Shown here: piece after piece, positions 28,866 through 37,490 of the stretch
How positions within the stretch are numbered: the first letter of the stretch is position 1
Layout of the letters: every line of letters starts with the position of its first letter
Assembly (NCBI GenBank): GCA_039208735.1
Contig: JBCCQY010000048.1
Location: forward strand, 1 to 60,304
Source: Myxococcota bacterium
GTDB lineage: Bacteria > Myxococcota_A > UBA796 > GCA-2862545
Direction: 5' to 3'
DNA: 60,304 bases
Notes under the pieces: model-generated
Databases searched by the model: none
Told to the model about the DNA's origin: nothing
The model's input: only the letters and a program-made list of their open reading frames with translations
Position numbers and translations under genes: made by a program

Positions 28866-29812
28866 GCACTGTCGTACGTACTCCTGCTCGTGAAGCCTGG
28901 GACCGGTTCCGCAAGGATCGGTTTGCGGTGGTTTCCCTCGTGGTGTTTGGCCTGTTCGCGCTGACCGCCCTGGTGGCCCAGATCGTGGAGTTGGTGGATG
29001 GTCCGCCCTTTGTCTACGACCTCACCCTTTCCGAAATGGGGTTTGAGGTGTCGGAGACCGCGACTCCGCCTGACCCCACGCATCCGCTGACCAGTCTGGG
29101 CACGACTTCGCAGGGCAAGTCGGTGCTCATTCGCGCTTTTCATGGCACCAAGGTGGCCTTTGTCGTGGGGACGTTCGGGGCCGGACTGGCCGTGCTCATT
29201 GGCACCACGTTGGGCTTGGTGGCCGGCTTCTTTGGCCGCTGGATTGATGAGACCGTGGTCTATGTGTACTCGACGGTGGCGTCGATCCCCTATCTGCTGC
29301 TCATGTTGGCCCTGGCATTCATCGTGCGCCAAGGTCCGATCGCCGAGGTTTATCGGAGCCTATGGTTTGCCGACTACCTTTCGATCGGCTTGTTCAACAT
29401 CGTGGTGGTCGTCGGATGCACGTCATGGGTGACGTTGTGTCGTCTGGTGCGGGCCGAGGTCAAGAAGATCCGCAACCTCGATTACGTCCAAGCCGCTCGC
29501 GCATTGGGTCTGCCCCCACGCCGCATCCTCATTCGGCACATTCTGCCGAACGTGGCCCATCTGGTGCTCATCAACTTCAGTCTGACGTTCGTGACCGCCA
29601 TCAAGAGCGAGGTCATCCTGACCTTCCTGGGGGTGGGCGTGGACCGCGAACCAAGCTGGGGTCAGATGATCGCTGATGCAAAGTCGGAGCTGATGCAAGG
29701 CATCTGGTGGCCTTTGCTCACCAGTGGCATCGCCCTGTTCTTGCTTACGCTATCGGTCAACGTCATGGCCGACGCGATGCGAGACGCGCTCGATCCGCGC
29801 CTGCGTAATTAG
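28862..29812 (+). CDS. ABC permease, OppC/DppC-like
   Basis: ATGA overlap. DYVQAARALG, RHILPN, PSWGQMI and RDALDPR. Confidence 0.93.
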   Translation: MSTVVRTPAREAWDRFRKDRFAVVSLVVFGLFALTALVAQIVELVDGPPFVYDLTLSEMGFEVSETATPPDPTHPLTSLGTTSQGKSVLIRAFHGTKVAFVVGTFGAGLAVLIGTTLGLVAGFFGRWIDETVVYVYSTVASIPYLLLMLALAFIVRQGPIAEVYRSLWFADYLSIGLFNIVVVVGCTSWVTLCRLVRAEVKKIRNLDYVQAARALGLPPRRILIRHILPNVAHLVLINFSLTFVTAIKSEVILTFLGVGVDREPSWGQMIADAKSELMQGIWWPLLTSGIALFLLTLSVNVMADAMRDALDPRLRN

Positions 29813-29832
29813 GAGCTGACGGCCGGTGGAGG

Positions 29833-30507
29833 CTATTCCAAGCTTTGGACCCGGACGACGGTGAGCGAGCTGGGCTGAATATCGCTCGGAAGCATGACTT
29901 CGTTTCCGTCGTCGGGCCGCGTGGTGGTGTATTGGAGGCTCAACTCCTGGCCCGCCTGAAGCTCAAGTGCGTCGGTGATCGTCAACGTGTCCCATCCGCC
30001 GTTAATGCCGTACCCCGAGGATGCTTTGAGCCGATCTTCACCGTCCACCCTAAGGTACAGCCCACTGGTGTGGGCAAAGTTTGTCGCAACCGCGCCGACT
30101 CGAGCCATAACCATGTAGATTCCCTCAGTCGGGACGACGATCGTGCTTGGGTCGCTCGTTCCAGGAAGCAGACCAAAGCCCTCGGTCCCTCCGATCTCGG
30201 TCATCTCCGCGAATACCACGGTGTTTCGAATCTCCCCCACGGCAATCGGTTGCTGCGTCCATCGCTCGAGGCGTACGCCGACTCGTTCGGTGGCCGTCAT
30301 CACCGCTGCAAGCTCGGCTCCAAGGATCTCATTGGCCGCCGTGAGCCCCTTGACCGAGGCTTCGAGCGTGTCGAGCCGATCGGTGAGTTCCCCTACGACC
30401 TCATCGAGTTCCGTTCTCGACACGTCGGTGGGCTCGACAGGGGGCATGACTTGGCAACCTGTCATGATCCACAAGAAGGCAGAGGCGTGAATCTCGTTTC
30501 TTGCCAC
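29833..30507 (-). CDS. Lipoprotein with a coiled coil and a C1q/TNF-like beta domain
   Basis: GAGGTG RBS and MTG-C lipobox. Heptad segment, then PTEGIYMVMARV...LELQAGQELSL. Confidence 0.65.
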   Translation of the reverse strand: MARNEIHASAFLWIMTGCQVMPPVEPTDVSRTELDEVVGELTDRLDTLEASVKGLTAANEILGAELAAVMTATERVGVRLERWTQQPIAVGEIRNTVVFAEMTEIGGTEGFGLLPGTSDPSTIVVPTEGIYMVMARVGAVATNFAHTSGLYLRVDGEDRLKASSGYGINGGWDTLTITDALELQAGQELSLQYTTTRPDDGNEVMLPSDIQPSSLTVVRVQSLE

Positions 30508-30585
30508 AATCGCACCTCACACTGTTGCGTAAGGGTAGCACTACTGAAGATCCCGGTTGGTTTCGTTCACGTCAGTGCCGGCGTC

Positions 30586-32976
30586 TCATCCCGACTCGCC
30601 GACGGGGGCCGTCACACACGACCAGCTGCCGTAGCCAAGGTCCACCGCATCTCTCCGGTAGTGTTCGCACCAACTCATCGAGGAGCATTCGGCGTCCAGG
30701 CAGGGAATGTCGGGGTCGGTGTAGGGGAGGCCCGTCTGATCGACGGGGAGGCCGGAGAGCACGAACTGGGGTGAAGCCAACAGCACGGCACAGTAGTCTC
30801 GAACGACCTCGCGGTGCTCATGGGCTGGCGCACTCAGCTCGACGTTCCAAATCTCGGAAATCTGGTTGGACTCGAGACCCGCTAGCCCCGCCTCCCGGTC
30901 CGCCCAGAGCCATTCCACCCCGATCATGCGGAACTTCAGGGCCTGCAAGGCCTGGCGCAGGGTGAGGCCGTGGGTGGCATCGGTCAAGGCATCGATCACA
31001 TCGTCGCCCCCGCCGTAGGGGGAGCGGCACTGGTACGCGCCACCCACCGTATGGTTGGTTTCCCAAGCCAGTGCTGAGGCCATGCCAAAGCGTGTGAATC
31101 CCGGTGCGAAATGCGACACATAAGCTCCAAGGTCGGTCTGAAGCTCGATGTCGTTGAAGTGGGTCGGCTGCGACCAGCCCAGCGCCGCGTTTCGTTTGCG
31201 AATGAGGGTCGGTACGGGCCAACGATGAATCAACTCGCCCTGGCCGTTGCGTGCCACCCCCGTGAGTGGGTCCTCGTCCGCATGGGCCGGCGTATCGTGC
31301 CAGGGATCGAGCACCATCGGTAAGACGTAGGGGTCGTGGGGGCTGTCTTCGGGCGCGTTCCGGTTGACGAACTCCGAAAGGGCGATTTGCTTGATGACAT
31401 AGCGCAACGACCAGTCATTTTCGACCAGCCCTTCCGAGAGTTCCTTAAGGACCAACGCTTGGTCGGCATTACGCGGAAACCCGTGCTCGAGCGTCAAGGC
31501 CTGACCCGACAGGTGTTTGGCGACATCCTCGACAAAGGTGAGGGCCGTGAGGTGGGCCATCCCCACCACCGGATCCGTATACACGGGGACCGGATCGGTC
31601 TGCTGATGGATCAGGTACCCTACGACCTCGTCCAGTGTTTCGTCGTTCAGAAGGAAGAGGGGCATCTGGCCTGCGGCAGACCCCGCGGTGATGGTCAATC
31701 GAAGGCGCTGGGCCGACATCGACGCCGTCAGAGTCTCAAGGTCCAATGGGACGGGATAGCCGTTGAGCATGCCATCGACGCCCGTGGCCTGGTGGCACAC
31801 GTCGCAGCTCGCCAAGTTGGGTTCACCGTCCGCGAGGGTTTCGTAGGACGACCGAGTCGTGGTGATGGGCGATCCATCCACGAGATCCCGAAGGCCATCA
31901 TCGAACTCGTCGAGGAAGTCGAGGATGCGCACCTGGGTCCCCGTGTGCTCACCCCATCCCGCGAACGCGGTTGGCGTGCCGTTTTGGCGAGGCCGAGGAT
32001 GCTCGAGCAGCCCATCGCCCACGCAGGTCTCGTCCATGCCCCAGGGCTTGTGCCCCGACTCGTTCGCATTGGCCTGAATGCGATTGAACAAATCCCGGAA
32101 CCGCTGTTGCATCTGGTTTCCGCCGATCGAGCCATCGTGCATGGTGCCATCGTCGTTGAGGCTACGGAAGGCGGAGAACTCGAGATCGATGTAGTCAACG
32201 GCGGGCACATAGCGGTCCCAATTGCCATTGCGAGGCACTGGATTGGTGGTGCTGTAGGTCGTGGTGTGACATTCAAGACAGTCTTGGTGACGATTGAAGT
32301 AGCTGTCGAACACCGTCCGTCGCGCATCGACCGCGCCTTCGAAAGCGGCCAGTGGAGCAAGGCGGGCTCGGAGCAGCGCGTCCATTCGGTCTGTACGGAG
32401 GCTCGCTCGAAGGACGTCCTTCATCGTGAATTCAAAGCACTCACGGCGACCCTTGCTCGCCGACGTCGTGGCCCTTCGTCCATCGTCCCGGGGCCGACTA
32501 ACGAGGGTCCGGCCGGCATGTTCTTCCGCCAGTTTCCCCGCGGTCCGCCCTCCGGCGTCGAGCGTTAGATCGTCACTCGCACTTTCATTCGAAACGCAAA
32601 AGCGCTCATCCCAATTTGCGGTGCGCAGATGGTTGGTCAAGGCCCAGTCGTAGTTTTGCGGTACATATGCCTCGGTGTAGCACCGTTCTTTGGCGTTGCT
32701 CGCATCTTCCGTCGATACGCGGAGCTGGTGCATCAGCAAGTCGTCCCAATGATCCACAAACTCGGGCTGTTGCATCAGCGTGTCGAGCAGCGCCTCACGG
32801 CCGTGCTGGTGTTCCAGTGAGATCAGGGCGGTGAGTTCTTGCGGACTGACCGGGCCGCGTCCAAGAAGGGCGTTGGTGGACCACATGACAAACGCTCGGT
32901 CCCCCGCATCGTCTTCGGGAAGGTTCCAACATCCGCTCAACCCAACGAGGGCCGACGAGAAAATCCATGTTCGCAT
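30586..32976 (-). CDS. Large lipoprotein with two CxxCH heme motifs (DUF1549/DUF1585-like scaffold plus an inserted cytochrome c domain)
   Basis: Lipobox LSG-C. LLGRGP...EFVDHW, CLECH (about 32266-32280), CDVCH (about 31792-31806) with a distal QMP, and LLASPQF. Confidence 0.72.
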   Translation of the reverse strand: MRTWIFSSALVGLSGCWNLPEDDAGDRAFVMWSTNALLGRGPVSPQELTALISLEHQHGREALLDTLMQQPEFVDHWDDLLMHQLRVSTEDASNAKERCYTEAYVPQNYDWALTNHLRTANWDERFCVSNESASDDLTLDAGGRTAGKLAEEHAGRTLVSRPRDDGRRATTSASKGRRECFEFTMKDVLRASLRTDRMDALLRARLAPLAAFEGAVDARRTVFDSYFNRHQDCLECHTTTYSTTNPVPRNGNWDRYVPAVDYIDLEFSAFRSLNDDGTMHDGSIGGNQMQQRFRDLFNRIQANANESGHKPWGMDETCVGDGLLEHPRPRQNGTPTAFAGWGEHTGTQVRILDFLDEFDDGLRDLVDGSPITTTRSSYETLADGEPNLASCDVCHQATGVDGMLNGYPVPLDLETLTASMSAQRLRLTITAGSAAGQMPLFLLNDETLDEVVGYLIHQQTDPVPVYTDPVVGMAHLTALTFVEDVAKHLSGQALTLEHGFPRNADQALVLKELSEGLVENDWSLRYVIKQIALSEFVNRNAPEDSPHDPYVLPMVLDPWHDTPAHADEDPLTGVARNGQGELIHRWPVPTLIRKRNAALGWSQPTHFNDIELQTDLGAYVSHFAPGFTRFGMASALAWETNHTVGGAYQCRSPYGGGDDVIDALTDATHGLTLRQALQALKFRMIGVEWLWADREAGLAGLESNQISEIWNVELSAPAHEHREVVRDYCAVLLASPQFVLSGLPVDQTGLPYTDPDIPCLDAECSSMSWCEHYRRDAVDLGYGSWSCVTAPVGESG

Positions 32977-32991
32977 AGGAACTCCTTGAAG

Positions 32992-34302
32992 CTACTGCTG
33001 AATGAGGTTGAGGATGGGACCGGGGTTCGAGTCATCGGGCTCACCTGCCAATTGCGCAAGTCCGTCGAGCAGCATCGAAGGGGTGATGGAATCCGTTTCG
33101 GTGGTGGAGCTACGCACGATGCCGTTGCTTTCGGACTGGTAGGACAGCCGACCGGTCAGGCCGGGGGTGTTGATCGGACCGCCGAAGAGGAGGGAGGCAT
33201 AGGCGTCCGCCCAGTGCTCGGAGCCGTTGACCCCATCGAGGAATCGTCCGAACTCTGCGTGAAACACCACGAGTGTGGAATCCAGATCGAGATGCTCCGC
33301 GGTCCGCAATGCCTCGCAGATGCCCCAGATGATTGCATTGTGGTGCGAGGAGTGTGCGGTGTCGTGGTTGTCGATTTGGTGAGTGTCGAAATCGGGGGCG
33401 GCATTTCGTCCACCGATGATGGTGACGTGACGGGCGCCCTCGTGCAGGAGATGGACCCCGAGTTGAACCGATTTGGTGATTCCGTTGGACGTGTACGAAT
33501 TGCTTTCGAACGTCTCGACATCAGGCCCGTCGCTTAGCACGCCATGGGTCTGCTCCCAGGCGGCCATCCGGGCCATTGCATCGTTGTAGATCCCGAATTC
33601 GGGAGCCCTCACCGGGCCGGTGGAGTGGCGCAATCGGCGCTCGTAGCGCGCCCGGTACGCCGTGAGTAGCGAATCGGTATTGGACCGGTTGGCGCGGGAA
33701 AGACGGCTCACGAACGGCCGGCCTACGGGCACGACGAAGGGCCGCGCGTGGAGACCGAGCGAACCGGTGGCGGTCGCCAGGCTGGTTAGCGTAGCGTTCT
33801 GCTCTGGATCAAGGACCCAAGACGCGGGCATGTCCCCGGTGCCCCAAGCGTCCTGGATGCGAGCCCCAAGCGAAACAGCAGCAGGATTGCCGATGTTGAT
33901 GCCTGAAAGTGCATAACTGGCCGCCAGAGTGTGGGCGGAGAAGGGCGCCCGCATCGCGACGAGATGGGTTCGAGCGACGCCACCCAACTCCGCGAGGGGG
34001 TGAAAGCCGTCCCCCAGCATCACGGCATGGTCGAGGCCAGGATGGGTGGTGTCGGTCGCATGAATTTGCCGATACGCCCCTGCAGCCGACGGGATTCGGG
34101 CCGAAACGGGGTCTCCAAAAGGGCCATTGTGGGGCATCCACAGCGTTTGGCTATGGGCAGGGGCACGAAACAGGAAGATCTGCAAGATCTTGAGGGGCGC
34201 TGGGCCGGCCGGCAAACTGGCTCGAGCCCCTCCAGAAAGCAGGCTTGCTCCGGCAGCAAGGCCCAAGCCTTGCAGGAGCTGTCGTCGTGATTGCATGGGC
34301 AT
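32992..34302 (-). CDS. Tat-exported DUF1501-like protein
   Basis: SRRQLLQGLG twin-Arg signal. FDTH, TLVVFHAEFGR, GSEHW and LLFGG. Confidence 0.78.
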   Translation of the reverse strand: MPMQSRRQLLQGLGLAAGASLLSGGARASLPAGPAPLKILQIFLFRAPAHSQTLWMPHNGPFGDPVSARIPSAAGAYRQIHATDTTHPGLDHAVMLGDGFHPLAELGGVARTHLVAMRAPFSAHTLAASYALSGINIGNPAAVSLGARIQDAWGTGDMPASWVLDPEQNATLTSLATATGSLGLHARPFVVPVGRPFVSRLSRANRSNTDSLLTAYRARYERRLRHSTGPVRAPEFGIYNDAMARMAAWEQTHGVLSDGPDVETFESNSYTSNGITKSVQLGVHLLHEGARHVTIIGGRNAAPDFDTHQIDNHDTAHSSHHNAIIWGICEALRTAEHLDLDSTLVVFHAEFGRFLDGVNGSEHWADAYASLLFGGPINTPGLTGRLSYQSESNGIVRSSTTETDSITPSMLLDGLAQLAGEPDDSNPGPILNLIQQ

Positions 34303-34327
34303 CCTCGCGTTGGTCGTCCTCGACCTC

Positions 34328-34343
34328 GCAAGGCTCAGGCCAA
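34328..34343 (-). promoter_or_regulatory. Sigma-54 -24/-12 promoter of the DUF1501 operon
   Basis: Minus strand reads TTGGCCTGAGCCTTGC (TGGC-N7-TTGC). An AT-rich tract lies upstream at 34342-34376. Confidence 0.75.
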
Positions 34344-34423
34344 ATCAAGAAGGCCTAAAAATAGAGATTTAAACAACGACATGCCCTTGGGGGCGCGCTC
34401 GCTTCGCGCGAGAGCCGGCTGCG

Positions 34424-34438
34424 CCGCGCAAACCGCGC
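34424..34438. promoter_or_regulatory. Candidate upstream activator sequence CCGCGCAAACCGCGC
   Basis: 14/15 identical to 37474-37488, with the same 97-bp offset from the -24 GG. Confidence 0.65.
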
Positions 34439-34455
34439 GGGCTACACCGTCAGTC

Positions 34456-36540
34456 ATGGACCCTGAACAGACCGTCGTTCCAAACAGCGCGGTTGGTGGC
34501 ATGCCGGCCCCCTTGGTGGCCGGCCGATACCACGTGGGTGACCTCGTGGGCCGAGGAGGGGGAGGACAGGTTCACCGCGGGGTGGACACCTTCACGGGTG
34601 ATGACGTGGCGCTGAAGTTTGTTCGGCGCGATTCGCAGGGGGCCTCTGCACAACTTCGCCGTGAGCTCACCGCCCTGCGCTTGGTGGACCTTCCAGGCGT
34701 GGTGCGACTTCGCGACGATGGCCTTCACGACGGGTTCATCTTCTTGGTGATGAACTGGCTCGATGGCGGATTGTTCGACTCCCTCGGGGCGACGGGTTGG
34801 GAGAAATGGAAGACCCAGGCGTTTGCTCTTCTGGAAGCCGTGGGCCGACTTCACTTTCTTGGCCTGGTCCATGGCGACCTCAAGCCCTCCAACGTCCTCC
34901 TCGATGCTGCACAACGACCCGTCATCACCGATTTTGGGTTGGCAAGTGGCGCCGCGGTCACCGACACTGAGGGATGGATCGCAGGGACGGCCCGCTACAT
35001 GGCGCCCGAACAACGACGTGGCGAACCCCTGGATGGCCGAGCCGACCTGTACGCGCTCGGCGTGATGTTCGAATCGATGGGCGCCCCGCCGGATGCCTGC
35101 TCGGTGTTTCGATGGATGCAGGCGGCCAAACGCGAGGACCGCCCCGATTCTGTCGAAGCCGTGCTGGAGGCCTTGGGAGCGGGTGGTTCGCTGGTCGGGG
35201 TGTTTCCCGAGTTGAGCGACCGGGTCACGGTCCGCGAACTACGAAGGTTGTTCTTGGGCCGTCCCTCGTTCTTGCACGTAGCCGAAGATGCGGCTGCGGT
35301 CCTGCTCCAACGGACGACGGGTCGTCGCGAGGCCGTATGCAACGAGCTCGAGCGATGGATTCGAGCCGGTTTGTGCTACCGCGACGGACCGGGCGTGGTC
35401 ATTCGTCGTGATGCGGTCGAGCGCATCATCGGCGAACGTCGAGCCGTCAGCCCCTCCCTGGATGCTGCTCTGCGTGCCCACCGCAGAGGAGAGACCCGAC
35501 AGGGTCTCGCGATCTTGGCGGCCCTCGATGACCGGTCCCCCGACGCAGCGGATGCCACCGTTGACCTTGCGCTGAGCCTGTGGTCGCCCCCGGTGGTTCG
35601 GGCCGCCGCCTACCAGGCCGAACGACGCGGATGGACGCTTGCCGGACAGGTGCTTGGCGCTGCGCAAGCCGTGCTCTCCGGCAATGCCGAGAAGGCCCTG
35701 GCTGCGCTCGGCCCCCCCTCTAAGACCTTCGATCGCCTACAGGGGTGGCGACTGGGCGTAGGCATCAGTGCCGCCTTGCGCACGGGTCAAGTGGACGGCT
35801 GGCTGGACGCGGCGGACCGGTGGGCCAGTGACGATGCGTTTCGCCGGGCTCGGCTCGCGGCCTGGCGAGGGCGCATCGCCTATGTGCGGGGCGATTTCGA
35901 AGCGGCACTGACCCACGAGCGACAAGCCTTGAGCGGGGCCACGGTGCCTGTCGTTCGTCTGTCTCGATTGACGACGGCGGCTGCGGCAGCCCTTGAGACC
36001 TCTGCGATGGCCGAAGCCCGAGCGTGGGCGACCCAAGCTCGCCGCATGGCCCGGCGTCTTCGACATGGTGTGGCCGAAGCGAGAGCGTGGTGGCTCGTAC
36101 GCACGATTGCGCTACGCAGCGGCGCGGTTCCGCCCCCCCAGCCCCAGTGGGTGCCCGCCGCTCAAGAAGTCCACGGGTTCATCGGAGCTCAACTCGCCCT
36201 CACCGAGTGTGCGCTTGCGTGGCATCACGAACAGATCCCCCTTGCGGCTGAACTGTCGATCCAAGCGCTCGACGGTTTTGGGTCACGGGCCGCGATCGCC
36301 GACCTGGCTCGTGCGTTGGCTTGGCGCTGTGGGGTGTCGGAGCCCCCCACCCAGCTGTCGGGGGGATCCGCCGAACTCGATTTGCAGACGTGGACGCTGT
36401 GTGCGGAGGGAGGACTCGTTCTCGGTACTCCCCCCACGGTGCCCGAGCCACGCCTCGTGGATCGCTGGCTCGACGTGCTGCCCGGGGATCGATGTCGGGA
36501 GGCCGTCAGTCGATGGGGATGGGGAAGTTGGCCGGGCTGA
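34456..36540 (+). CDS. Hanks-type Ser/Thr protein kinase with a helical TPR-like C-terminus
   Basis: GRGGGG, VALK, HGDLKPSN, DFG, GTARYMAPE and DLYALG. Confidence 0.9.
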   Translation: MDPEQTVVPNSAVGGMPAPLVAGRYHVGDLVGRGGGGQVHRGVDTFTGDDVALKFVRRDSQGASAQLRRELTALRLVDLPGVVRLRDDGLHDGFIFLVMNWLDGGLFDSLGATGWEKWKTQAFALLEAVGRLHFLGLVHGDLKPSNVLLDAAQRPVITDFGLASGAAVTDTEGWIAGTARYMAPEQRRGEPLDGRADLYALGVMFESMGAPPDACSVFRWMQAAKREDRPDSVEAVLEALGAGGSLVGVFPELSDRVTVRELRRLFLGRPSFLHVAEDAAAVLLQRTTGRREAVCNELERWIRAGLCYRDGPGVVIRRDAVERIIGERRAVSPSLDAALRAHRRGETRQGLAILAALDDRSPDAADATVDLALSLWSPPVVRAAAYQAERRGWTLAGQVLGAAQAVLSGNAEKALAALGPPSKTFDRLQGWRLGVGISAALRTGQVDGWLDAADRWASDDAFRRARLAAWRGRIAYVRGDFEAALTHERQALSGATVPVVRLSRLTTAAAAALETSAMAEARAWATQARRMARRLRHGVAEARAWWLVRTIALRSGAVPPPQPQWVPAAQEVHGFIGAQLALTECALAWHHEQIPLAAELSIQALDGFGSRAAIADLARALAWRCGVSEPPTQLSGGSAELDLQTWTLCAEGGLVLGTPPTVPEPRLVDRWLDVLPGDRCREAVSRWGWGSWPG

Positions 36541-37345
36541 GATCGTAGGTGTAGTCCGTCTGGGTGTACCACTCGATGCTCGGGATGTTGTATTTCGCAA
36601 AGAACGCCCCTGTGGTGGCCGGCGGCTTGTCTGAGACCGCCACGACCCTCAGGGTCTCGCCTTCCTCATCGAGCATGGAAAACGACGCGTCGAACAACCA
36701 GTGCTCGACGATTTTCGTGGTGTTGCCATCGTTTATGTGCCGCTCCCGCAGCATCGCCCCGGCGAAGCACACCGAAGGCACCGTCCAAGCCGAGCCTACG
36801 TAGTCCCCACAAGACCCTTCGGTGGATTGCACCAACACGAAGGCATGCCGCTCGATCTTCGAGCCGCCGTACGTAAACTGCTGGCCTTGGGTGCTCGTTG
36901 GCGGGGTGGTGGTGGTGGTGTACGCAAACTGCGGAGCGCTGTAGGCATCGTTGAGCCAGTCCTCGTGGTTGTTCTTGAGGTATTCGAAGGTCCACTCGAG
37001 ACTGGCTTTGGGCTTGATCATCTCGAGTTCGAACGGGGCGCCTGCGTCCTCTGCGAAGCTCGGTGAGACGATCCAGTGCTCGACGAACGTCTCCCCTTGG
37101 GCCACAGGGGTATCCACCGTTTCACCGAAGATCGTGCCCATTTCGATGCCGTTGGAGGTGAGCGTCACGACGCCCTCGTCGATCTGGAACACGGGGGTGG
37201 GAGTGGCGGCGAACCCGAGCCCTCGGTCTCGCGTGGTGCGGGGCGAGCGGTCCCTCAGGTCATCGAGCAGCTCCAGGTGCCGTTCGTAGGCTTCCGGCGA
37301 GTCATCGGCGAGGGACGGAGACGACAGCAGCATCAAGGCAATCAT
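36506..37345 (-). CDS. Secreted hypothetical protein with a weak internal duplication
   Basis: GGAG RBS and signal MIALMLLSSPSLA. Two similar segments, VEHWIVSPSF and VEHWLFDASF. Confidence 0.7.
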   Translation of the reverse strand: MIALMLLSSPSLADDSPEAYERHLELLDDLRDRSPRTTRDRGLGFAATPTPVFQIDEGVVTLTSNGIEMGTIFGETVDTPVAQGETFVEHWIVSPSFAEDAGAPFELEMIKPKASLEWTFEYLKNNHEDWLNDAYSAPQFAYTTTTTPPTSTQGQQFTYGGSKIERHAFVLVQSTEGSCGDYVGSAWTVPSVCFAGAMLRERHINDGNTTKIVEHWLFDASFSMLDEEGETLRVVAVSDKPPATTGAFFAKYNIPSIEWYTQTDYTYDLSPANFPIPID

Positions 37346-37376
37346 AAGCAACGCTCCAGGAGGGGACCCGGGTCGC

Positions 37377-37393
37377 TGCAATTCATGCGCCAG
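37377..37393 (-). promoter_or_regulatory. Sigma-54 -24/-12 promoter of the secreted protein gene
   Basis: Minus strand reads CTGGCGCATGAATTGCA (TGGC-N7-TTGCA). Confidence 0.8.
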
Positions 37394-37455
37394 CCGCGGG
37401 TGAGGCACCATACCGAATCTGTGGGCTTGATCCACGTCCGAGGCATGCGCGCTTG

Positions 37456-37488
37456 GCGCGGTGCGCGCGCGAACCGCGCGAACCGCGC
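37456..37488. promoter_or_regulatory. Candidate upstream activator sequence with GCGCGAACC direct repeats
   Basis: GCGCGAACC occurs twice (37467-37484), with an inverted half-site at 37456-37466. The region contains CCGCGCGAACCGCGC. Confidence 0.65.
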
Positions 37489-37490
37489 AT

